NCBI GenBank assembly: GCA_963824905.1
Contig: CAWGRH010000001.1
Coordinates: 302,039-366,038, forward strand
Length of the DNA: 64,000 bases
Source of the DNA: an uncultured Alphaproteobacteria bacterium
Lineage (GTDB): Bacteria; Pseudomonadota; Alphaproteobacteria; Rhizobiales; Xanthobacteraceae
Reading direction: 5' to 3'
A program made the translations under genes and the position numbers. Position 1 is the first letter of the stretch. Every line of letters starts with the position of its first letter. A model generated the notes under the pieces. It saw only the letters and a list, made by a program, of their open reading frames with translations. It did not search any database and had not been told where the DNA came from. This document shows, in pieces, positions 57,401 through 64,000 of this stretch.

Positions 57401-58322
57401 ATGGCAAATATCTCCGCTCAGTTGGTCAAGGAACTCCGCGACAAGACCGACGCCGGCATGATGGACTGCAAGGCGGCGCTCGTCGAAACCAATGGCGATC
57501 TCGCGACCGCGGTCGATTGGCTGCGCAAGAAGGGCCTGTCCAAGGCTGCCAAGAAGGCCGGCCGCGTCGCTGCGGAAGGCCTGATCGGCGTCGCTGTGGC
57601 CGGCAAAAAAGGTGTCGTCGTCGAGGTCAATTCGGAGACCGATTTCGTCGCCCGCAACGAGCAGTTCCAGGGCCTCGTGCGGATGATCGCCGGCATCGCG
57701 CTCGATACCGGACCCGACGTCGAGAAGATCAAGGCGGCGAAGGTCGGCAGCGTCACCGCGAACGATGCGATCAATTCGGCGATCGCGACCATCGGCGAGA
57801 ACATGACGTTGCGCCGCGCCGCCGAGGTGGCGGTGTCGCAGGGCGCGGTCGGCAGCTACATGCACAACGCGGTCGGCGACGGGCTCGGCAAGATGGGCGT
57901 CATCGTCGGCCTCGAGTTCGTCGGGGCAGACCGACGAGCTCGTCGCGCTCGGGCGCCAGGTCGCGATGCACATCGCCGCCTCGAATCCGCAGGCGGTCGA
58001 TCCGGCGGGTCTCGATCCGCAGGTCGTGGCGCGCGAGAAGGACATCCTCGCCGACAAGTTCCGCCAACAGGGGAAGGCCGAGGCGATGATCGCCAAGATC
58101 GTCGAGTCCGGCCTGAAAACCTTCTACAAGGAAGTCTGCCTGCTCGAGCAGCCCTACATCCACGCGCCCGACAAGACCGTCGCCCAGGCGCTCAAGGAGG
58201 CGGAGGGCAAGGTCGGCGGCCCGATCAAGGTGACCGCCTTCGTGCGCTACGCGCTCGGCGAAGGGATCGATCGCCCGGATGGAGACTTCGCGGCGGAGGT
58301 CGCGGCGGCCGCCGGGCACTGA
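57401..58322 (+). pseudogene. tsf: elongation factor Ts, one extra G in GGGG run at 57923-57926
   Basis: The N-terminal UBA/EF-Ts sequence runs to ...[10 protein letters not shown]. It continues in the +1 frame as [22 protein letters not shown]... to a stop at 58322. The first frame instead runs on into pyrH. Confidence 0.9.
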
Positions 58323-58372
58323 CGTTATCCAAGGGGCCCGCGAGGCGACCGGACGAGGGGAGAGGACGCGGC

Positions 58373-59089
58373 ATGGCCGTGCCAAAATACCGCCGCGTCA
58401 TCGTCAAGCTCTCCGGCGAAGCGCTCGCCGGCCCTGAAGGGTTTGGTATCCATCAGCCGACCATCGACCGCTACGCCGCCGACATCGTCGCGGCGCGGGG
58501 TCTTGGTGTGACGATCGGCGTCGTGGTCGGCGGCGGCAACGTGCTGCGCGGCGTCGAGGTCGCAGCCCAGGGCGTCACGCGAACGACTGCCGACGCCATG
58601 GGCATGCTGGCGACGGTGATGAACGGTCTCGTGCTCGAAGCGGCGATCGAGCGCGCAGGCGTGTCGGCGCGCGCGATGTCGGCACTTGCCATGCCCCAGG
58701 TCTGCGAGACTTACGAACGCCAGCGCGCGCTGCGTCACCTCGACGAGAACCGCGTGGTGATATTCGCCGGGGGCACCGGCAATCCGTTCTTCACGACCGA
58801 CACGACCGCGGTGCTGCGCGCCGCCGAGATGCGCTGCGACGCGGTCCTCAAGGCGACCAATGTCGACGGTGTCTATACCGCCGATCCCAAGAAGGATCCG
58901 ACCGCGAAGCGGTACGAGCACTTGACCCACCACGAAGCCTTCATGCGGGAACTGAAGGTCATGGACGCCACCGCGTTTGCCCTTGCTCGCGAAAACCGTA
59001 TGCCTATCATAGTGTTCTCGATCCTCGAACCGGGCGCGATCACGGCGGTGCTGGGCGGAGCCGCGCGGGCGACCACCGTCGGCGTGTGA
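58373..59089 (+). CDS. pyrH: UMP kinase
   Basis: [13 protein letters not shown]..., [30 protein letters not shown]. Confidence 0.95.
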   Translation: MAVPKYRRVIVKLSGEALAGPEGFGIHQPTIDRYAADIVAARGLGVTIGVVVGGGNVLRGVEVAAQGVTRTTADAMGMLATVMNGLVLEAAIERAGVSARAMSALAMPQVCETYERQRALRHLDENRVVIFAGGTGNPFFTTDTTAVLRAAEMRCDAVLKATNVDGVYTADPKKDPTAKRYEHLTHHEAFMRELKVMDATAFALARENRMPIIVFSILEPGAITAVLGGAARATTVGV

Positions 59090-59199
59090 TTGTCGGCGTA
59101 CGAGGGTGCGGCGAGCGCCCGTCGGGCCTCGTCGGGAATGCGAACAAGAGCAACCGCGCCACCGGCTATGTGCCAGCGCGGATTCTCGGGAGACGCGTC

Positions 59200-59763
59200 A
59201 TGGCTACCGCGACCTACGATCTCAATGAAATCAAGCGCCGCATGCACGGCGCCACCCAGGTGCTCAAGCAGGAGCTCGGCGGCCTGCGCACCGGCCGGGC
59301 CTCCGCCAACCTGCTCGAGCCGGTCCAGGTCGAGGCCTATGGCACTCACATGCCGCTCAGCCAGCTCGCCACCGTCAGCGTGCCGGAGCCGCGCCTGCTC
59401 AGCGTGCAGGTGTGGGACCGTTCGATGGTGCATGCGGTCGAGAAGGCGATCATCAATTCCAATCTCGGGCTGAGCCCGTCGACCGAAGGCCAGGTCCTGC
59501 GGCTGCGCATCCCCGAGCTCAACCAGGAGCGTCGCAAGGAGATGGTCAAGGTCGCGCACAAATATGCGGAGGCCGCGCGCGTCGCCGTGCGTCACGTCCG
59601 CCGCGACGCTCTCGATCTCCTGAAGAAGCTTGAAAAGGACGGGAAGGTCAGCGAAGACGACCACGAGCGCATGTCCGGCGAAGTGCAGAAGGCGACCGAC
59701 CAGGTGATCGCCGAAGTCGATCAGTCGCTCGCGTCCAAGGAAAAAGAGATAATGACGATCTGA
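59200..59763 (+). CDS. frr: ribosome recycling factor
   Basis: ...[23 protein letters not shown]...[18 protein letters not shown]... 187 aa. Confidence 0.95.
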   Translation: MATATYDLNEIKRRMHGATQVLKQELGGLRTGRASANLLEPVQVEAYGTHMPLSQLATVSVPEPRLLSVQVWDRSMVHAVEKAIINSNLGLSPSTEGQVLRLRIPELNQERRKEMVKVAHKYAEAARVAVRHVRRDALDLLKKLEKDGKVSEDDHERMSGEVQKATDQVIAEVDQSLASKEKEIMTI

Positions 59764-59790
59764 GTCGTCGAACTGCGACTGGAGAAACGG

Positions 59791-60550
59791 ATGCCCGAGA
59801 TGGCGGTATCGCCGAGGAAGCCCCAATCGGGCTTCGAGCCGCTGCGCCACGTCGCCATCATCATGGACGGGAACGGGCGGTGGGCCGCCGAACGCGGGCT
59901 GCCGCGCGGGGAGGGCCACCGGCGCGGGGTCGAAGCATTGCGCCGCACCGTCCGCGCCGTCGGCGATCTCGGGATCGAGATTCTGACGCTGTTCTCCTTC
60001 AGCTGCGGAGAACTGGTCGCGCCCGCCGGCGGAAATCCGCGATCTCATGGGGTTGCTGCGCCGCTTCGTGCGCAACGACCTCGCCGAGCTTCATCGCAGC
60101 AACGTGCGGGTCCGTATCATCGGCGAGCGCGTCGGGCTTGCCGCCGACATCGATCGGCTGCTCCAGGAGGCCGAGGATCTCACCCGCTCCAACACCGGGC
60201 TGCTCCTCGTCGTCGCCTTCAACTATGGCGGCCGGCAGGAGATCGCGCGCGCCGCCTGCCGCCTCGCCGAGCAGGTGGCGCGCGGCACGCTCGCGCCCTC
60301 CGAGATCACCGCGGATCTCATCGGGCGCCATCTCGACGCGCCGGACGTGCCGGACCCCGACCTCATCATCCGCACCAGCGGCGAGCAGCGGCTCTCCAAC
60401 TTCCTGATGTGGCAGTCCGCCTACAGTGAGCTCGTGTTCGTCCCGACCTATTGGCCCGATTTCGATCGCGCCACGCTCGAGACGGCGATCGCCGAGTATT
60501 GGCGACGCGAGCGCCGGTTCGGCGGACTGGTGGCGCGAACCGGATCATGA
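59791..60550 (+). pseudogene. uppS: di-trans,poly-cis-undecaprenyl-diphosphate synthase, one extra base near 60004
   Basis: [13 protein letters not shown]...EILTLFSFS is followed in the +1 frame by [22 protein letters not shown]...[23 protein letters not shown]. Confidence 0.9.
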
Positions 60551-60554
60551 CGCC

Positions 60555-61409
60555 GTGACCGCGCCGGCGCCGGACCCGGCGCGAGCCAATTCCGCCGCGT
60601 CCGTCACGACACCGGGCGATCTGCGCAAGCGTGTCGCATCATCCGTGGTGATGGTGGTGCTCGCGATCGCAGCGACTGCGGTCGGCGGCTGGGCCTTCGT
60701 CCTGTTCTGGACGGCGGCCGCGGTCATCATCGCCTGGGAATGGATGTCGATCGTCACCGGCGACGCCAGGCTCCCGCTCGGGGCCGCCGTCGCCGCGCTT
60801 CTCGCTGCGGCGGCCGCGGCCGGATCCGGCCGCATCCTCATCGCCTTCGGCGCGCTAGCGGCGGGCGCGATCGCGGCGGCGGCGCTCGCTCCCGAGCGGC
60901 GCGGCTGGAGCGGCGCCGGCGTGCTCTATGCCGGCGTGCTGGTGCTCGCGCCGACACTGTTGCGCGAAGGCGCGCACGGCGCGGCCGCGATGTTCTTCCT
61001 GTTCGCAGTGGTGTGGGTGACCGACATCCTCGGCTATTTCGTCGGCCGTGCGGTCGGTGGGCCGCGGCTCGCGCTGCGCATCAGCCCCAAGAAGACGTGG
61101 GCGGGCGCGGTCGGCGGCGCGCTCGGCGCGGTCGTCGCGGGGATGGTTCTTGCCGCGCTGACGGGCTACTCGGTCGTCGGCGCGGGCCTCACGGCGTTCG
61201 CTCTGTCGCTGGTGTCGCAAGGCGGCGATCTCTTCGAGTCCGCGATCAAGCGACGCTTCGGCGTCAAGGATGCAAGTCACGTCATTCCCGGCCACGGCGG
61301 CCTGATGGATCGCCTGGACGGTTTCATTGCCGCGGCAGGCGTGGCAGTGTTGATCGGTATCGTGCGCGCCGGGTCTCCTGAAGCGGCGCAGGGGCTGCTG
61401 CTGTGGTGA
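60555..61409 (+). CDS. cdsA: phosphatidate cytidylyltransferase
   Basis: Multi-TM protein with the C-terminal signature SAIKRRFGVKDASHVIPGHGGLMDRLD. A GTG start 5 nt after the uppS stop is proposed; the start is uncertain. Confidence 0.88.
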   Translation: MTAPAPDPARANSAASVTTPGDLRKRVASSVVMVVLAIAATAVGGWAFVLFWTAAAVIIAWEWMSIVTGDARLPLGAAVAALLAAAAAAGSGRILIAFGALAAGAIAAAALAPERRGWSGAGVLYAGVLVLAPTLLREGAHGAAAMFFLFAVVWVTDILGYFVGRAVGGPRLALRISPKKTWAGAVGGALGAVVAGMVLAALTGYSVVGAGLTAFALSLVSQGGDLFESAIKRRFGVKDASHVIPGHGGLMDRLDGFIAAAGVAVLIGIVRAGSPEAAQGLLLW

Positions 61410-61413
61410 ACCG

Positions 61414-62637
61414 ATGACCGGTGTTCCGCTCGATAGAACGCAAGCCATGCCGCACAACGGCGTGCTGTCGATGACGGTGCTCGGCGCCACCGGATCGATC
61501 GGGACGAGCACGCTCGATCTCGTCCGCAGGAATCGCGAGCGTTTCCGCGTCGAGGCCGTCACCGCGCAGAAGAACGCCGCGGCGCTCGCCGGTCTCGCGC
61601 GCGAATGCGGCGCGCGCCTCGCGGTGGTCGGCGACTCCGGCTCCTATGGCGAGCTCAAGGAGGCGCTCGCCGGTTCGGGCATCGAGGCTGCGGCGGGCGA
61701 GGATGCGATCGTCGAGGCGGCGAGCCGTCCGGCGCAATGGGTGATGGCCGCAATCACCGGTGCCGCCGGGTTGCGTCCGACACTCACCGCGCTGGAGCGC
61801 GGCGCCACCATCGCGCTCGCCAACAAGGAATGCCTCGTCTGTGCCGGCGCGCTGTTCATGCGGCGCGCCCATGAAACCGGTGCCCTCGTGCTGCCGGTCG
61901 ACTCCGAGCACAACGCGATTTTTCAGGCCCTCTCGGCCGGCTCGCGCGACGAGGTGAGCCGCATCGTGCTCACGGCATCCGGCGGCCCGTTCCGCACCCA
62001 CACGCTGGAGAAGATGCGCGCCGCCACCGTGCAGGAGGCGCTGCGCCATCCCAACTGGACGATGGGCGCCAAGATCACGATCAATTCCGCGACCATGATG
62101 AACAAGGGGCTGGAACTGATCGAGGCGCACTATCTGTTCGGCTTTCCCTCCGAGCAGATCGATATCATCGTTCATCCGCAGTCCGTCGTTCACGGCATTG
62201 TCGAGTATCGCGATGGCTCCCTGATCGCCCAGCTCGGTCCGCCGGACATGCGGGTGCCGATCGCGAACTGCCTCGCCTGGCCCACCCGCATGACGGGCGC
62301 CGCCCGCCTCGATTTCGCGCATATGTCGAACCTGACGTTCGAGCCGCCCGACCCGGTGCGGTTTCCGGCGCTCGCACTTGCCCGTCAGGCGTTGCAATCC
62401 GGCAACGGCGAACCGACCGTGCTCAATGCCGCGAACGAGATTGCGGTGCACGAGTTCATCGGCGGTCGTCTTGGTTTCGCCGGAATTGCCGCGCTCGTTG
62501 AGGCAACCATCGATGCGGCTGGGGGGAAGGGCATCATGCGGGAGCCCGAAAGCGTCGATGACGCCATTTCCGTTGACCATAATTCGAGACAATTAGCGCG
62601 TTCCCTCTTGCCGGAAATCGCCGTAAAAGCGTTTTAA
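61414..62637 (+). CDS. dxr: 1-deoxy-D-xylulose-5-phosphate reductoisomerase
   Basis: LGATGSIGTSTLDLV, LANKECLV, VDSEHNAIFQ, HPNWTMGAKITINSATMMNKGLE. The start may be one of the downstream Met codons. Confidence 0.95.
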   Translation: MTGVPLDRTQAMPHNGVLSMTVLGATGSIGTSTLDLVRRNRERFRVEAVTAQKNAAALAGLARECGARLAVVGDSGSYGELKEALAGSGIEAAAGEDAIVEAASRPAQWVMAAITGAAGLRPTLTALERGATIALANKECLVCAGALFMRRAHETGALVLPVDSEHNAIFQALSAGSRDEVSRIVLTASGGPFRTHTLEKMRAATVQEALRHPNWTMGAKITINSATMMNKGLELIEAHYLFGFPSEQIDIIVHPQSVVHGIVEYRDGSLIAQLGPPDMRVPIANCLAWPTRMTGAARLDFAHMSNLTFEPPDPVRFPALALARQALQSGNGEPTVLNAANEIAVHEFIGGRLGFAGIAALVEATIDAAGGKGIMREPESVDDAISVDHNSRQLARSLLPEIAVKAF

Positions 62638-62675
62638 TAAACCTTTAGGGTGTCTCCGCCCCAAGCCGTGAGGCC

Positions 62676-63803
62676 ATGATGAGCACTACCGCCTTTACCT
62701 CTCTCGCCGCGCTCGTCGGAAACTACACGGGGTGGATCGTTCCGTTCCTGTTCACGCTTACGGTCATCGTTTTCTTTCATGAGCTCGGCCACTTCCTGGT
62801 GGCCCGCTGGTGCGGCATCAGGGTGCTGGTGTTCTCGCTCGGCTTCGGGCCGGAGATCGCCGGCTTCACCGATCGTTTGGGCACGCGGTGGAAGCTTTCC
62901 GCGATCCCGCTCGGCGGCTACGTCAAATTTTTCGGCGACGAGAACGAGGCGAGCGTGCCCGATCCGGCGACGCTCGCCGCGATGTCGGAGGAAGAGCGCA
63001 AGCAGAGCTTCTTCGGCCAATCGGTGGGCCGCCGCGCCGCCGTCGTGGTCGCCGGCCCGCTCACCAATTTCATCCTGGCGATCGTGCTTTTTGCCGCAGT
63101 CTTCATGGTTGTCGGCAAGCAGATTGCGGTCCCGCGGGTGTCTGCGGTGGAGGCGGGAAGCCCCGCCGCCACGGCCGGCTTCCAGCCGGGCGATCTCGTC
63201 ACCGCGATCGATGGTCGCAAGATCGATAACTTCGTCGACATGCAGCGCGTCGTCGGCTTCGCAGGCGGTCACCCGCTGACCATCGTGGTCGATCGGGGCG
63301 GTGTTCCGATCACCTTGACCGCGACGCCCGAGTTGAGAGGCGGACGCGGCATCCTCGGGGTGACACGCTCGAATCAGCCCGGTGACGTCAGGGTCGAATC
63401 GGTTAGCCCGCTCGACGCCGTGAAGCTCGGGGTCGACAAGACCTGGTTCATCGTCGACACCACGCTCTCCTACATCCGCGACGTTTTCGTCGGCCGCCAA
63501 TCGGCTGACCAGATCGGCGGACCGATCGGCATCGCCCGCATTTCCGGCCAGGTGGCCGAGCTAGGATGGGGCGCGCTGATCGATTTTATAGGGGTGATAT
63601 CGGTTTCGATCGGTCTTCTGAACCTGTTCCCGGTGCCGCTTCTCGATGGCGGGCACCTTCTGTTCTATCTGATCGAGGCGGTGCGAGGTCGACCGCTCTC
63701 GGAACGCGCCCAAGAGGTCGGGTTCCGGATCGGCCTTGCAATAGTCGTAATGTTGATGATTTTTGCCACGGTGAACGACATCCTGCACTTGCGGGCGTCG
63801 TAG
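62676..63803 (+). CDS. rseP: RIP zinc metalloprotease RseP (M50 family)
   Basis: HELGHFLVA HExxH motif, a PDZ domain (GFQPGDLVTAIDG) and the C-terminal NLFPVPLLDGGHL. Confidence 0.94.
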   Translation: MMSTTAFTSLAALVGNYTGWIVPFLFTLTVIVFFHELGHFLVARWCGIRVLVFSLGFGPEIAGFTDRLGTRWKLSAIPLGGYVKFFGDENEASVPDPATLAAMSEEERKQSFFGQSVGRRAAVVVAGPLTNFILAIVLFAAVFMVVGKQIAVPRVSAVEAGSPAATAGFQPGDLVTAIDGRKIDNFVDMQRVVGFAGGHPLTIVVDRGGVPITLTATPELRGGRGILGVTRSNQPGDVRVESVSPLDAVKLGVDKTWFIVDTTLSYIRDVFVGRQSADQIGGPIGIARISGQVAELGWGALIDFIGVISVSIGLLNLFPVPLLDGGHLLFYLIEAVRGRPLSERAQEVGFRIGLAIVVMLMIFATVNDILHLRAS

Positions 63804-63949
63804 ATGTAACTGGGGGGTTACGTCTCGCCGCCAAATCGGAACGGAAGGGGCTTCAAGGGTTGCCGGCAGGGCGGAAGTCGTTACAAGGCGTTTGGGGGGT
63901 CCGGACCTGAGGGGCGAGCAGGGCCGGTTGTTGGGGTTCATTTGGGGGA

Positions 63950-64000
63950 ATGAGCGTGCAGGTGTTGCGGGGGATTGGGGTCGCAGCTGCCCTGTTTGGC
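63950..64000 (+). CDS. bamA: start of outer-membrane protein, probably BamA (3' end beyond window)
   Basis: GGGGGA RBS + ATG, translating as MSVQVLRGIGVAAALFG (signal-peptide-like). The identity is inferred only from the conserved rseP-bamA synteny. Confidence 0.4.
   Translation, partial: MSVQVLRGIGVAAALFG

Noticed and set aside
57401-59089. A 562-aa ORF suggesting an EF-Ts/UMP-kinase fusion protein.
   Set aside because: The EF-Ts sequence leaves this frame at the GGGG run (57923-57926) and ends normally at 58322 in the +1 frame. The intervening translation is Arg-rich nonsense. pyrH has its own ATG at 58373.
15632-60550. Programmed +1 ribosomal frameshifting, or translational recoding, as the explanation for the frame breaks.
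   Set aside because: The break sites share no common slippery sequence, rare-codon or stop-codon context. The affected genes (parE, tsf, uppS, glpX) are not known to be recoded. Sequence error is the simpler explanation.

Overview
High-GC (about 65-68%) alphaproteobacterial chromosome. Gene order and the intergenic palindromic repeat families suggest Bradyrhizobiaceae/Nitrobacteraceae, but that is inference only. Most of the window is conserved housekeeping sequence. It holds the suf Fe-S assembly operon (sufB-C-D-S-T-A), a DEAD-box helicase, parE, argC, phaC, an aminotransferase-hom-glpX-recJ block, and the rpsB-tsf-pyrH-frr-uppS-cdsA-dxr-rseP-(bamA) cluster. One tRNA-Glu(UUC) is present. 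The accessory content includes: (1) a tandem pair of secreted Ig-like + CxxCH + beta-propeller proteins; (2) a NitT/TauT-type ABC importer operon with a ThDP enzyme and a DUF4242 protein, facing a PhtD-like decarboxylase homolog; (3) two secreted MBL-fold hydrolases; (4) a DAACS transporter fused to a solute-binding domain; (5) a lower-GC stretch (about 45.5-53.4 kb) next to the tRNA, carrying a GH144-like glucanase, an orphan HigA, a Tat-signal PrpD-family protein and small paralogous helical proteins. At least seven families of intergenic palindromic (REP/MITE-like) repeats are scattered through the window. Seven single-base (+1) reading-frame disruptions occur in otherwise well-conserved genes, including the essential parE, tsf and uppS. 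This argues for assembly indels rather than gene decay. No CRISPR array, transposase, integrase or recognisable defence system was found.
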